Below are positions 53,834 through 64,000 of a DNA stretch of 64,000 bases, piece after piece; within the stretch, counting starts at the first letter, position 1; each line of letters begins with the position of its first letter. The notes under the pieces are model-generated. The model did not search any database, was not told the origin of the DNA, and was given only the letters and a program-made list of their open reading frames with translations. The stretch is from positions 1,408,001 through 1,472,000 of the forward strand of contig CBDFLE010000006.1 in NCBI GenBank assembly GCA_965248925.1. Direction: 5' to 3'. The translations under genes were made by a program, and so were the position numbers. Origin of the DNA: Candidatus Multivoradales bacterium. Its GTDB lineage: Bacteria; Acidobacteriota; Thermoanaerobaculia; Multivoradales; J023.

Positions 53834-56800
53834 TCACCGCGGGCGCACATCCAGCGAGAAGCGTTTGATCAGATAGGACAAGGTCTGGCGGCTTACACCC
53901 AACTGACGAGCGGCCGAGGTTCGATTGCCATCACAGTCCTCGAGTGCACTCTGCAAAGTACGACGACGGGTCTGTTCGACAATCTCGTGGTAAGTGGTGG
54001 GATAGGATCCAGCAGCCGGATTGGCGTTGAACGGTAGATCTAGGTGTCGGCAATCGATCTGATCATCATCAGCCAACGTTGCCGCCACCGCCAACACGTT
54101 TTCCAGTTCACGAACATTCCCTGGCCATGAATGTTGCAACAGGGCCTGACGCGCAGCCGCGGTTAATCGTAGATTGCCGGCACCCTTCTTGCCGGCGCCC
54201 CGCGCCCTGGCGAGGAAGTAGTCAGTCAACAGCAGGATGTCTTCCCCACGCTCTGACAGTGCCGGTAGCCGCACCGTCGCCACTTTCAAGCGATAGAAGA
54301 GATCAGCGCGAAAAGTCTTTTCCGCGGCGCCTCGTTCGAGATCTCGATGGGTTGCGGCGATGATTCGCACGTCTACTTTTCGCGCGTGGCTCTCGCCGAT
54401 CCGGCGCACTTCCTTCTCTTGCAACACGCGCAGCAACGAGCCTTGAACTGAAAGCGGTAGGTCGCCTATCTCGTCAAGAAATACCGTCCCCCCACGGGCC
54501 GACTCGAATAGCCCCGGGTGATCCCGATCAGCACCGGTGAAGGCTCCTCGGCGATGGCCGAAGAGTTCTGAATTGATCAAGGTCTCGGGCAAGGCAGCAC
54601 AGTTGATCGGCAGAAAGGGACCGCCCTGGCGCGGACTATGCTGATGAACCAACCGCGCTACAAGCTCTTTGCCGGTACCACTCTGACCGAGAATCAGGAT
54701 CGGCAACTCTCCAGCCGCGAGCTTGCTAGCACGTTCCAACACCTCGGTCAGAGCCGGGCTCTTACCGATGATCCCCGACCGATGAGTCAATGGCTCTGAC
54801 AAGGTACCGACGTTGACCTCGAGCGCTAGCTGATCGTTGCCAAGGTCACGACTAATCAGCGACAGAAGGGTAGTCAAGACCTCGTCTTTCGACCCCGCAC
54901 GAAGCTCCAGTCGAAACTCTGGAGGGTGAGCAGACGGCAATTCGACCACCAACTTGTGATCCCCTCCAACCCCATCGACCAGAATTCTCTGCCGACCCTC
55001 GCGGAGCAATATCAGCCGCGCTTCTTCATAGCCAAAGTTTCTGAACAACCCGGCGATCGCCGCCGGCTCTCCCGCCCGATGCAAGTAGTCTTGCAACAAT
55101 CGCCAGCGACTCGACGAGTGGCTCTCAAGCTGCTCTGCCAGCGACCTCGCTCCGAGGCTGCGCAGAGTCGCCATGGCGCGGCGTAACCACCGTCCCGGAA
55201 CCACTCCTCGGCGCAGCAATTCGAGGTCGAATATCAACCGTGAAGCACGGCTGGGCTCAAGCCCACCGAGCTGCTCCCAGAGCCGACGCGGAGGTTCCTG
55301 GCCGAGGGCCAAGGCTTGCCACAGCTCCGACCAAGATGTCCCAGCGGCCAACTCGACGGCGCGCTCTGGCCAACCCGCCAGAGCCATTAGAGCGGGTCGT
55401 TCTTCCGCTTCGAGATCCTGCAACCCTTCGGGATCGGCGCGGCGCAGATAGTCGCGGGCTTGTGCTTGCCGTCCCAGCCAAAGATGAGCCCGAGCGGCGA
55501 GCGCGGCGAGCCCCGGCGGCTCAAGCAAGTCGGATCGACTGGCCAACCGCTCCGCCTCCCGGACATAGGCCAAAGCGCTCGCGGGCCGGCCACGGCTCAG
55601 CTCGAGCCGCGTCCACAGCTCCAAGTCGTGCAGCTGGCCGCGCAGATTGCCGCTGCGACGATTGGCCGCCACCGACGCCTCCAAGGTCTCTTCCACTCCC
55701 TCCGGCCGGCCTCGGCGCAGCCGAACTTCCGCCAGATTGAAAAGCGCCAGGGTAGTTCCGGCCGGTCCGTCGCAGGACCACAGCTGGCGCAGAGCGTGAC
55801 GGGCTGCGCGCTCCGCACCGGCCAAGTCGTCAATTAACACCCGACAGCGAGCCAGCTCACTCCACAAGCGGCCGGCGTCGCGCCGTGGCAGCAGCCGGCG
55901 TTCAGCGGTCAGCGCAGCTGCAAAATGCTCGGCGGCACCCAGCCCATCCTTGCGGCTGAGTGCCAACAAGCCTGCAACTTGGTGCCAGCGCCAAATCTGA
56001 CCAGGCAGCTCGCGGGCGCTGCGAGCTGCTTGCAGATGATCAGCCATCTCCTGCAACCGGCCGCCATCCCAAGCCGCCTCTGCTGCCAACAAGCGAGCGC
56101 GGGGCGCCAGCTCACCCCGTGCCACCCGCCGCGCTCGAGCGACCCAGGTAGCGAGACCCTCGAGATCCCCAAGATTGGCCAAAGTACGCACCGCGATCTC
56201 GGCCAGGTCGACAGCTTGAGTGGGCGAGAGTTTCTCCTCGGCCAAGCGCCGCACCGCCCGAGCCACCGCTGGCAACTCGCCAAGCTCCAGCCGACAGCGG
56301 GCGCGCAGCAATCGCGGGCCGAGGCCACGCCAGGAGGCCAGAGCTTCGCGGCCGAGGCCGAAACGGCCGAGCCGAAAAAGACACTCTGCCAGGCTCAAAG
56401 CCTCCTCGGCGCTCTTGGGCGGCTGCCGATGCCAAGCCGCGACCGCTCGTCGCAGAGCCCCGCGGCGAGCCAGATCGACCCCTTGATCACCTGCCTCGAA
56501 GCCCTCCCAAAGAGCTTTCGCGGCCGGCCCTGACAAACAGGCTTCGATCCCCGACCGATCCTTCGCCGCGCGCAACAGGCGACCCCGACAGCGGCCCGGC
56601 CCGGCGACCCAGAGCCGTGTTTGCCCGCCAAGCTGGATCTCGGCCACCAAAGCCAACCGAGCTATGGCGAAGTCGTCTCGCCATAGGAAATCAGCCGAGC
56701 GCAGCACATCTTCCACCGCTTGATCGGCCGAGACTGTGGTCAGACTCTGCCACCACTGGGCCTGCAACGCCCGCGCCGCCCGCCGCGCCTGACCACGACC

Positions 56801-57103
56801 GGCGATCGCTCCCGAGCTACGAAACACCCGGCCGAGCAGCCGGCGCAGCAGCTCCTGCGGCCGCTCAGCCTGACGCCCTGGAGCTGCGCGCCCGGTGCGC
56901 AGCTCGCCAGCACCGCTGATCTGCACCTGCTGCCATCCAGCGGGCAGATGCCAGCCAACTTGTTCTAGATGGGCGATTAGAGCAGCGCCTTGCAGCACCA
57001 CCGCCAGGCGTTGCCGGTCGGTCAAGCGAGCACTGGTCAGCGCTACCCCAGAGCCGTCCTCGAGACATCGATGATCCAGACTGCGAGTGTCGTCATTCCC
57101 CAT
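53834..57103 (-). CDS. Sigma54-dependent enhancer-binding protein with a large N-terminal TPR-like region
   Basis: GQSGTGKE, ELFGHRRGAFTGA, FLDEIG, FRADLFYRL, WPGNVRELEN, C-terminal Fis-type HTH. Confidence 0.9.
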   Translation of the reverse strand: MGNDDTRSLDHRCLEDGSGVALTSARLTDRQRLAVVLQGAALIAHLEQVGWHLPAGWQQVQISGAGELRTGRAAPGRQAERPQELLRRLLGRVFRSSGAIAGRGQARRAARALQAQWWQSLTTVSADQAVEDVLRSADFLWRDDFAIARLALVAEIQLGGQTRLWVAGPGRCRGRLLRAAKDRSGIEACLSGPAAKALWEGFEAGDQGVDLARRGALRRAVAAWHRQPPKSAEEALSLAECLFRLGRFGLGREALASWRGLGPRLLRARCRLELGELPAVARAVRRLAEEKLSPTQAVDLAEIAVRTLANLGDLEGLATWVARARRVARGELAPRARLLAAEAAWDGGRLQEMADHLQAARSARELPGQIWRWHQVAGLLALSRKDGLGAAEHFAAALTAERRLLPRRDAGRLWSELARCRVLIDDLAGAERAARHALRQLWSCDGPAGTTLALFNLAEVRLRRGRPEGVEETLEASVAANRRSGNLRGQLHDLELWTRLELSRGRPASALAYVREAERLASRSDLLEPPGLAALAARAHLWLGRQAQARDYLRRADPEGLQDLEAEERPALMALAGWPERAVELAAGTSWSELWQALALGQEPPRRLWEQLGGLEPSRASRLIFDLELLRRGVVPGRWLRRAMATLRSLGARSLAEQLESHSSSRWRLLQDYLHRAGEPAAIAGLFRNFGYEEARLILLREGRQRILVDGVGGDHKLVVELPSAHPPEFRLELRAGSKDEVLTTLLSLISRDLGNDQLALEVNVGTLSEPLTHRSGIIGKSPALTEVLERASKLAAGELPILILGQSGTGKELVARLVHQHSPRQGGPFLPINCAALPETLINSELFGHRRGAFTGADRDHPGLFESARGGTVFLDEIGDLPLSVQGSLLRVLQEKEVRRIGESHARKVDVRIIAATHRDLERGAAEKTFRADLFYRLKVATVRLPALSERGEDILLLTDYFLARARGAGKKGAGNLRLTAAARQALLQHSWPGNVRELENVLAVAATLADDDQIDCRHLDLPFNANPAAGSYPTTYHEIVEQTRRRTLQSALEDCDGNRTSAARQLGVSRQTLSYLIKRFSLDVRPR

Positions 57104-57215
57104 CTCAAACCTCCAACTACTCGACGACCCAGAAAGGGCCGCGAGGTCCGGTGTTTCAGCTCGCTCGAGAAGTCACACAGAACAGACTGCTCACCTTAGG
57201 TGGCAGCTCAGAGAC

Positions 57216-58517
57216 TCAATGTTCTTCGGCCAGAGGATGACCGAGTAGACTTCCCAGATCAGTCCAAAAGCCGGGATAGGATTTGGCGACCACGCCGGGC
57301 TCACAGACCCGCACACCCGCGCGGCGCAAGCCGACCAGGGCGAGGCTCATGGCGATGCGATGATCGTCCCAGGTCCGCACATCGACCGCGGTCGAGGGAG
57401 GCTCGTTAGCCGCCCAACAGCCCGCGATCACCAAACCGTCCTCACGTTCCTCGACCGGCACTCCGAGGCGCTTTAGCTCGGTCGCCATGGCGGCCAACCG
57501 ATCACTCTCCTTGAGCCTCAGATGAGGCACACCGGTGATCCGCGTCGTACCCTCGGCGAACGGCGCCAGCGCCGCCAACGTCGGGACTTGATCCGGCATC
57601 TCGCTAAGATCAGCCGTGATCGCCCGTAGGCTGCCGCCGCCAACCTCGAGCACCTTGTCTCGCCAGCTGACCTCGGCCCCCATCTGGCGCAACAGATCGA
57701 AAAAGGCGCGATCCCCTTGGTGCGATTCCTGGCGTAGACCAGTAAGCTGCACCTGGCCGCCGGCCAGCGCCGCCGCGGCGGCGGGGTAGGCCGCGGCGGA
57801 GAAGTCGCCCTCGACGATCACCGCCCGCGCCCGCAGGCTACTGGGCTGCACCCGGAAACTGTCTCGCTCCAAGCGCTCGACCCGGCCACCGAGTTCGGCG
57901 ATGGCGTCAAGGGTCAGCTCGACATAGGGCGAAGAGGTCAGCGCCACCACCTCGATCCGTACCTCGCGCCGAGCCGCCAGGCCAGCCATCAGCAGAGCCG
58001 ACAGATATTGACTCGAGGCACCCGCATCGAGCCGGGCCACCCCACCTTTGAGACTGCCACCAACGATAGCGAGCGGCGCACAGCCAGGTTCGCCCAGGTA
58101 GCTCAGCTCAGCCCCCAGCTGGCGTAGTGCGTCGACCAGCGGCCCTAAGGGTCGCTGCCGTAGTCGCGTCGACCCGTCGAGCCGCCAGCGGCCAGGAACG
58201 GCGGTCAAGGCGGCAGTCAGAAAACGCAACATGGTGCCACCGGCGCCACAATCGATGGTGCCACCGCGAGCGGGCCCAGCGGGTCGCAGACTGACCCGAT
58301 GATCGCCGCGACTCACCGCCAGCCCGCAGGCCGGCAACGCTGCCAAATAGCGGTGGATATCGTCCGAGAACAGCGGCCGCTCGAGCTCTAGCGGCAATCG
58401 ACCGAGCAATGCGAGGTTGAGGTAGCGCTGACTGAGGCTCTTCGACGCTGGCGGAGCGACGGTGCCTTCGATGCGCCCCGCCACTGGCAGCTCGATCCAA
58501 GTTGGAGAGGTCATCAT
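57216..58517 (-). CDS. aroA: 3-phosphoshikimate 1-carboxyvinyltransferase (EPSP synthase)
   Basis: PASKSLSQR, GTMLRFL, SSQYLSALL, LRLKESDR, DDHRIAM, KSYPGFW. Confidence 0.95.
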   Translation of the reverse strand: MMTSPTWIELPVAGRIEGTVAPPASKSLSQRYLNLALLGRLPLELERPLFSDDIHRYLAALPACGLAVSRGDHRVSLRPAGPARGGTIDCGAGGTMLRFLTAALTAVPGRWRLDGSTRLRQRPLGPLVDALRQLGAELSYLGEPGCAPLAIVGGSLKGGVARLDAGASSQYLSALLMAGLAARREVRIEVVALTSSPYVELTLDAIAELGGRVERLERDSFRVQPSSLRARAVIVEGDFSAAAYPAAAAALAGGQVQLTGLRQESHQGDRAFFDLLRQMGAEVSWRDKVLEVGGGSLRAITADLSEMPDQVPTLAALAPFAEGTTRITGVPHLRLKESDRLAAMATELKRLGVPVEEREDGLVIAGCWAANEPPSTAVDVRTWDDHRIAMSLALVGLRRAGVRVCEPGVVAKSYPGFWTDLGSLLGHPLAEEH

Positions 58518-59191
58518 TGGAGCCACTCTATTTTTCGAGAATTAAACCAAGCGTCGACGATTCGCACCTCGCCATCACCCACCCGCCAGCTGTGCGGGGC
58601 GTGGAAATGCCCTAGCAGCACTACATCATGCCCTGCCGCCAAACGGCCGACGGCCCAGCCGCGAATGGCAGTTTCGGGCACCCGCATCTTGTGCTTGAAA
58701 TTGCCTCGCGAGAGCCGTTTCTCTGTAGATCCCACCAGGCGCCGGGCCAGTCCTGTCGGCAAGCCTTTGATCAACCAGCGAACGACGGTGCTCTTCGACA
58801 GCCAGCGCCAAAAAAGATACTTGCGGTCCCGATCGTTGAGCCCATCGCCGTGTACCGCCAAGTAGCGCACGCCGCCGACCTCAAAGTCGATTTCACCAGC
58901 TAAGCGGTCGAAGAGCCCGGCGTAGGGACCCTCACCGAGAAAGAAATCACGGTTACCCTCGACATAGTCGATCTCGATCCCCGCATGGCGCAGTTCGGCC
59001 AGCACCGGCAGCACCGCCCGCACCTCCTCGGTCTCGAAACTCGGGAAGCCAACCCAGACATGGAATATGTCACCCAACAGCAGCAGGCGCCGGCAACCCT
59101 GTCCGGGAAGCGCTCGCAACTGCTCGATCATCGGACCCGCGGCTCCTCCGGGCCCGCCGAGGTGGGAGTCGGCGATAATGGCGGTGGACAT
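58514..59191 (-). CDS. lpxH: UDP-2,3-diacylglucosamine diphosphatase (LpxH-like metallophosphoesterase)
   Basis: ADSHL, LGDIF, GNRDF, HGD, GHFH. Confidence 0.8.
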   Translation of the reverse strand: MSTAIIADSHLGGPGGAAGPMIEQLRALPGQGCRRLLLLGDIFHVWVGFPSFETEEVRAVLPVLAELRHAGIEIDYVEGNRDFFLGEGPYAGLFDRLAGEIDFEVGGVRYLAVHGDGLNDRDRKYLFWRWLSKSTVVRWLIKGLPTGLARRLVGSTEKRLSRGNFKHKMRVPETAIRGWAVGRLAAGHDVVLLGHFHAPHSWRVGDGEVRIVDAWFNSRKIEWLQ

Positions 59192-59193
59192 CG

Positions 59194-60279
59194 TCAGCTA
59201 ACGATCTCCAGCTTGGGAGGGCTGCGCCGAGTAACCTCGTCGACCACTGCTTGGGCGATGCGGCGAAAAGCCGTCGCGTGAGAACCGTCGGCATCAGAAA
59301 CGACGATCGGCACCCCGCTATCGCCCCCTTCGACGATCGCCGGGTCAAGGGGAATCTTACCCAGAAAGGCGGTCTCCAGCAGCTCAGCGGTGCGCTCGCC
59401 GCCGCCGCGTTTGAAGATGTCGGTGACCTCGCCACAACTCGGACAGCAAAATCCGGACATATTCTCGATGATGCCCATGACCGGCACATTGACCTTGCGA
59501 AACATCGCTAGGCCCTTGCGGGCATCTATCAAGGCCACATCTTGCGGCGTGGTGACGATCACCGCCCCCGATAGAGGCACCCGCTGAGTCATGGTCAGCT
59601 GAGCATCCCCAGTGCCGGGCGGTAGATCGACCACCAACAGATCGAGTTCACCCCAGGCGACCTCACCGAGCATCTGTTCGAGGGCGCGCATCACCATCGG
59701 GCCACGCCAGATCACCGGCGTGTCCATCTCCACCAGGAAGCCGAGCGACATCAGCTTCACGCCATAGCGCTCGAAAGGCAACATCTTCTGCCCGTCGAGC
59801 CGCGGCCGGCCATGAACCCCAAACATGGTGGGCTGGGACGGACCATAAATATCGGCGTCGAGCAGGCCAACCCGATGACCCAGGCGAGCCAGACTGACCG
59901 CCAAGTTGGAAGCCACTGTCGACTTACCAACCCCCCCCTTACCGCTAGCCACGGCAACGATGTGCCGCACTCCAGGCACCAGCTGCGGATCGCGGGCTAC
60001 CTTCTTCTGTGCCCCTTCGCGACCTGCTGGCCGGGCTACCTGGAGTTCGACAGCGACCTCCGCAACGCCGCTCACTTGCCCCACCGCGTCCTCGACGGCA
60101 CGCCGTACTTGCTCAGCGGCATCATTGTTATGGGTCGACATCTCCAGCCCAACTCCGACTCTACCGCCGTCGATGGCTACGCTGCGGACGAATCCGAACG
60201 AAACGATGTCGCGACTCATGCCTGGATATCTGACGCTGCGTAGAGCGTCCCAGACCTGTGTTTCCAGATCATTGGCCAT
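59194..60279 (-). CDS. apbC: Mrp/ApbC/NBP35 Fe-S cluster carrier ATPase
   Basis: GKGGVGKST, DADIYGPS, WRGPM, DLPPGTGD, ENMS..CPSC. Confidence 0.93.
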   Translation of the reverse strand: MANDLETQVWDALRSVRYPGMSRDIVSFGFVRSVAIDGGRVGVGLEMSTHNNDAAEQVRRAVEDAVGQVSGVAEVAVELQVARPAGREGAQKKVARDPQLVPGVRHIVAVASGKGGVGKSTVASNLAVSLARLGHRVGLLDADIYGPSQPTMFGVHGRPRLDGQKMLPFERYGVKLMSLGFLVEMDTPVIWRGPMVMRALEQMLGEVAWGELDLLVVDLPPGTGDAQLTMTQRVPLSGAVIVTTPQDVALIDARKGLAMFRKVNVPVMGIIENMSGFCCPSCGEVTDIFKRGGGERTAELLETAFLGKIPLDPAIVEGGDSGVPIVVSDADGSHATAFRRIAQAVVDEVTRRSPPKLEIVS

Positions 60280-60329
60280 GCTTTGTCAAACTCCCTTGTG
60301 CCGCGGCTCGGAGGCGAGACCGCAGGCTC

Positions 60330-61121
60330 TTAGGATACACCCTGAGAAGGGGCTTCCCCGCGCAAACGCTCGACTTCGGCCCGGACTTGGACAGCCAAGC
60401 CGCGGCGCTCCTCGGCCGCAAAATCCGCCACCTCGATCGGCATGCCATAGCGCACCGTCACCGGACCTGGACGTACCCGCAGTGAGCCTGGCGGCTGCAC
60501 CGCGGCCGTGCCACTTATTCCCACCGGCACGATCGGATAGCCACTCTTCAACGCCAGCAAGATACCGCCACGCTTGAACGGCAGCAGACGACCGTCGCGG
60601 GACCGCGTTTCCTCGGGAAAAATCAGCACCGAACGGCCCCGCGACAGCCGATCGAGGGCGGCAGCGAAAGTCGCGCGACCGCTCTTACGATCGCGCCGAT
60701 CCACCGGAATGAAGCCACCAGCGTGCAGGGCCCAACCAAAAATCGGAATCTGGAACAAGCCGCGCTTGGCCATGAACCGGGTCTGCCCCGGCAAGGTGTG
60801 GATGAGGGTAGGGATATCGAAGTAGCTCTGATGGTTAGCCAGGAAGACGTAGCCTTGGCTGGGATCAAGCTCGCTCTCCCGGCTGACCTCGGGACGCACA
60901 CCAGCGAGCCACAGCCAACCACGGCTCCACATCCGGGCTAGCTGATAGGCCCAATCACCCCGCGGTGGTAGCCAACCGACGAAGCAAGCGAGAAAGCCGA
61001 AGAATAGGCTCGCCAGCACCAGATAGACATTCCAAATGGCGGTACGCCAAACCACCTCGAAAACACTGACAGAGCGGCTATCCGGCGCTGCGGCCGGCGA
61101 ATCTGGAGTCGTTGGGCTCAC
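60330..61121 (-). CDS. plsC: 1-acyl-sn-glycerol-3-phosphate acyltransferase (start approximate)
   Basis: NHQSYFD, FIPVDR, IFPEETRS, PFKRG. Confidence 0.88.
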   Translation of the reverse strand: MSPTTPDSPAAAPDSRSVSVFEVVWRTAIWNVYLVLASLFFGFLACFVGWLPPRGDWAYQLARMWSRGWLWLAGVRPEVSRESELDPSQGYVFLANHQSYFDIPTLIHTLPGQTRFMAKRGLFQIPIFGWALHAGGFIPVDRRDRKSGRATFAAALDRLSRGRSVLIFPEETRSRDGRLLPFKRGGILLALKSGYPIVPVGISGTAAVQPPGSLRVRPGPVTVRYGMPIEVADFAAEERRGLAVQVRAEVERLRGEAPSQGVS

Positions 61122-61239
61122 GGTAAAGCCATTGTCGCCGAACCGCGGCAGCGGGTAAAGCCGGTTCGCGAGTTGCCTAGCTCGCCTCACCGAAGAGACC
61201 CCGCATACCTGCACAAGATGGCTGTTAGGATGCGCCCCA

Positions 61240-61665
61240 ATGAGCATCGTCCAGCATCCTCCCCACCGCTGGGCCCATCTGCTGCTGCAAATTGGGCTGG
61301 TGGTCGGCGCACTGTACGACAGTCTCTTCGCGCTGCTCATCGTCGCCCTGCCCGAGCTTCCTGCCCGGCTGCTCGACCTGCCGATTCCTGATGAAACCTA
61401 CTTGCTCTGGTTGCAAGCGGTATTCCTGCTGATGCTCAGCGCGATCTACCTCCTGGCCGCCTACGACCCGGTAGCCTATGGCGGCAACGTGGCGGTGGCC
61501 ATCGGCGGCCGTGGTGCCGGTTTTTTGGTGATGGCGGCAGCGGCATCGAGCAACCCCGCCTGGGCTGGTCTGTGGCCGTTGGCCCTGGCCGATCTGCTCT
61601 TCGCCGCCTGGCATGCGCTGGCCTGGGCGCCGATCCGCCGACCCGGACGATTCGGACTCCGCTGA
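61240..61665 (+). CDS. Small four-helix membrane protein of unknown function
   Basis: Four hydrophobic segments; stop overlaps the epimerase start (TGATG). Confidence 0.65.
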   Translation: MSIVQHPPHRWAHLLLQIGLVVGALYDSLFALLIVALPELPARLLDLPIPDETYLLWLQAVFLLMLSAIYLLAAYDPVAYGGNVAVAIGGRGAGFLVMAAAASSNPAWAGLWPLALADLLFAAWHALAWAPIRRPGRFGLR

Positions 61666-62639
61666 TGGCCCGCCATATCTTGGTTACCGGAGGCGCCGGT
61701 TTCATCGGCTCGCAGGTCGTGGGGCGCCTGTTGCGGCGGGGCGACCGGGTGACAGTGCTCGACAACTTCGACGACTTCTACGATCCGGCGCTCAAGCGGC
61801 GCAACCTGGCAGCCTTTGCCCAGCATCCCAAGCTCACCGTGGCAGCAGGCGACATCCGCGACCGCCAGCTGCTCGACCGCTTGTTCGCCACCAGCCGCTT
61901 CGATCACATCGTGCATCTCGCCGGCCGCTGCGGAGTTCGTCCCAGCTTGGAGCAACCTGCCCTTTATTTCGAGGTCAACTGCCTCGGCATTCTGGCCTTG
62001 CTCGAGGCGGCTCGGCAACATGGGCCGCCGTCCATGGTGGTGGGCTCGTCCTCGTCGGTCTACGGCGCCACTAGCCACTTGCCCTTCAGCGAAGACGACC
62101 CGGCGGACCGGCCGATCAGCCCCTATGCGGCGAGCAAGCGCAGCGCCGAGCTGCTGTGTGCCAACTACCACCATCTCTATGGACTCGACCTCACCTGCCT
62201 GCGCTTCTTCACCGTTTTCGGACCGGCACAGAGACCCGAGATGGCCATCCACCGCTTTACCGACCGGCTTGCCAGAGGGCAGACCATCACCCTCTTCGGA
62301 GACGGTTCGAGCCGCCGCGACTATACCTATATCGACGACATCGTCGACGGTATCGAAGCCGCGCTCGAACTGCGCCGCGGCTTCGAGGTGATCAACCTGG
62401 GCGGTGCTGCAACTACCACCCTGGCCGATCTAGCGCGCTGGCTGGCGGAGGAGCTTGCCGTCGAGCCAAAGATCAAGTATCTTGCCGATCAGCCGGGCGA
62501 TGTGCCCGCAACATACGCTGATATTTCGAAAGCCACGAGCCTGCTGAGCTACACTCCCAAGGTTCCCATCCGAGAAGGGTTGCAGCGCTTTGTTGCCTGG
62601 TACCGCGCGAATCGCCTCGAAGCCCCCGACCCACGGTAG
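61665..62639 (+). CDS. NAD-dependent epimerase (UDP-glucuronate 4-epimerase-like)
   Basis: TGGAGFIG, GVRPS, SSSSVYG, YAASK, LRFFTVFGP..RPEMA, RDYTYIDD. Confidence 0.88.
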   Translation: MARHILVTGGAGFIGSQVVGRLLRRGDRVTVLDNFDDFYDPALKRRNLAAFAQHPKLTVAAGDIRDRQLLDRLFATSRFDHIVHLAGRCGVRPSLEQPALYFEVNCLGILALLEAARQHGPPSMVVGSSSSVYGATSHLPFSEDDPADRPISPYAASKRSAELLCANYHHLYGLDLTCLRFFTVFGPAQRPEMAIHRFTDRLARGQTITLFGDGSSRRDYTYIDDIVDGIEAALELRRGFEVINLGGAATTTLADLARWLAEELAVEPKIKYLADQPGDVPATYADISKATSLLSYTPKVPIREGLQRFVAWYRANRLEAPDPR

Positions 62640-62785
62640 CTTGAGCTGATCATGGCGAGTTACCACCTCGAGCAACCAGGCAATTTCTAGTAGGCAAGAA
62701 GGTAAGCCCCGCACCTAATCGATTTAGCGGCAGCCCGAAGTACCCGACGGCAAGCTGCGTACAAATGTACACATAGAGTCGAATC

Positions 62786-64000
62786 ATGAAGATCTGCGTA
62801 GTAGGAAGTGGTTACGTCGGCCTGGTGACCGGCGCGTGCTTAGCCGACTTCGGCATGGACGTCACCGGCGTCGACATCGATCACGGCAAGATCGAGGCGC
62901 TGAACTCGGGCCAAATTCCGATTTACGAGCCTGGCCTGCGCACCCTGGTGCGCAAGAACATGGAAGAAGGCCGGCTGAGCTTCACTACCGACCTCGGGCC
63001 GGCGATCGAAGAGGCGATCGCGGTATTCATCGCCGTCGGCACCCCGCCACGCGCCGATGGTTCCGCCGACCTCACCTTCATCCGTCAGGTGGCGACCTCG
63101 ATCGGCGAACACCTGAACGGCTACAAGGTAATCGTCACCAAGAGCACGGTACCCACCGGCACCGGTCAGATGATCGAGGAGATCGTCGCCAAGACCAGCG
63201 ATGCCAAGCACCGATTCGCCGTGGTGTCGAACCCTGAGTTCCTGCGCGAAGGCTCGGCGATCGACGACTTCCTGCATCCCGACCGGGTGGTGATCGGTAC
63301 TCGCGACCCCCAGGCGCTGGAGATCATGCACGATATCTACGGTCCGTTACGGGTGGCCAACGTGCCATTCGTCGACACCGACGTCGAGACCGCCGAGCTG
63401 ATCAAGTACGCCTCGAATGGCTTCTTGGCGACCAAGATCTCCTTCATTAACGAGACCGCCGCCCTCTGCGAAGCCTTTGGCGCCGATGTCGAGCAAGTTG
63501 CCCGCGGCATGGGACTCGACAGCCGCATCGGTCCGAAATTCCTGCAACCAGGCCCCGGATTCGGCGGTTCCTGCTTCCCCAAAGACACCCGCGCCGTCGC
63601 TCAGCTGGCAAAAGAAAAGGGCCTCACTTTCCGCATCATCGAAGCGGTGCTGAAAGCCAACGAAGTCACCAAGCTGCGCATGCTGGACAAGATCCGCGAC
63701 ACCCTCGGCGGTCTCGGTGGCAAGACCGTGGCCATCCTCGGTCTGTCTTTCAAGCCCGACACCGATGACATCCGCGAATCACCAGCCTTGCCAATCCTCG
63801 ACGGACTCATCCGCGAGCAGGCCGCGATTCGCGCCTTCGATCCAGAGGCGATCGAAGCCTGCCGCGAGCGCTACCCCCAAATCACCTACTGTGGGGACGC
63901 CTACGAAGCCGCCGAAGGCGCCGACGCGCTGGTGATCGTCACCGAGTGGAATCAGTTCCGGGCCCTCGAACTGGGACGCCTGCAAACGCTGCTGAAGGCG
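62786..64000 (+). CDS. ugd: UDP-glucose 6-dehydrogenase (3' end outside the window)
   Basis: MKICVVGSGYVGLVTG, IAVGTP, TKSTVPTG, SNPEFLREG, GFGGSCFPKD, FKPDTDDIRES. Confidence 0.93.
   Translation, partial: MKICVVGSGYVGLVTGACLADFGMDVTGVDIDHGKIEALNSGQIPIYEPGLRTLVRKNMEEGRLSFTTDLGPAIEEAIAVFIAVGTPPRADGSADLTFIRQVATSIGEHLNGYKVIVTKSTVPTGTGQMIEEIVAKTSDAKHRFAVVSNPEFLREGSAIDDFLHPDRVVIGTRDPQALEIMHDIYGPLRVANVPFVDTDVETAELIKYASNGFLATKISFINETAALCEAFGADVEQVARGMGLDSRIGPKFLQPGPGFGGSCFPKDTRAVAQLAKEKGLTFRIIEAVLKANEVTKLRMLDKIRDTLGGLGGKTVAILGLSFKPDTDDIRESPALPILDGLIREQAAIRAFDPEAIEACRERYPQITYCGDAYEAAEGADALVIVTEWNQFRALELGRLQTLLKA

Overview
GC-rich bacterial chromosome segment, mostly housekeeping genes. Gene content (MglA, a PilT-type ATPase next to recX-alaS, hrcA-grpE-dnaK-dnaJ-prmA-rsmE, lpxH, ffh-rpsP-khpA-rimM-trmD-rplS-rnhB) suggests a diderm such as Acidobacteriota or a Myxococcota/Desulfobacterota relative; this placement is inference. 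I saw no rRNA, tRNA, CRISPR array, integrase or transposase. Unusual or accessory elements: (1) a 2.9-kb integrase-free cassette with one fused PstI/BsuBI-type methyltransferase-endonuclease gene, bounded by a 130-bp direct repeat of the alaS 3' end; (2) a translationally coupled pair, paraoxonase-like beta-propeller lipoprotein plus a 1146-aa polytopic patatin/cPLA2-type lipase with a GNAT-like tail, between rsmE and pilT; (3) a small basic protein with two MerR-like HTH repeats, an AT-hook and histone-like linkers; (4) a dispersed polarity/type IV pilus set (C-terminally extended MglA with no adjacent mglB, an SgmX/FimV-like TPR protein, PilT/PilU); (5) a nucleotidyltransferase toxin-antitoxin-like pair frameshifted by one extra 8-bp repeat unit; (6) a Fur-type box between fur and a monohaem lipoprotein cytochrome; (7) several intergenic palindromes and tandem repeats. 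All protein assignments come from motif recognition by eye; no database searches were run.
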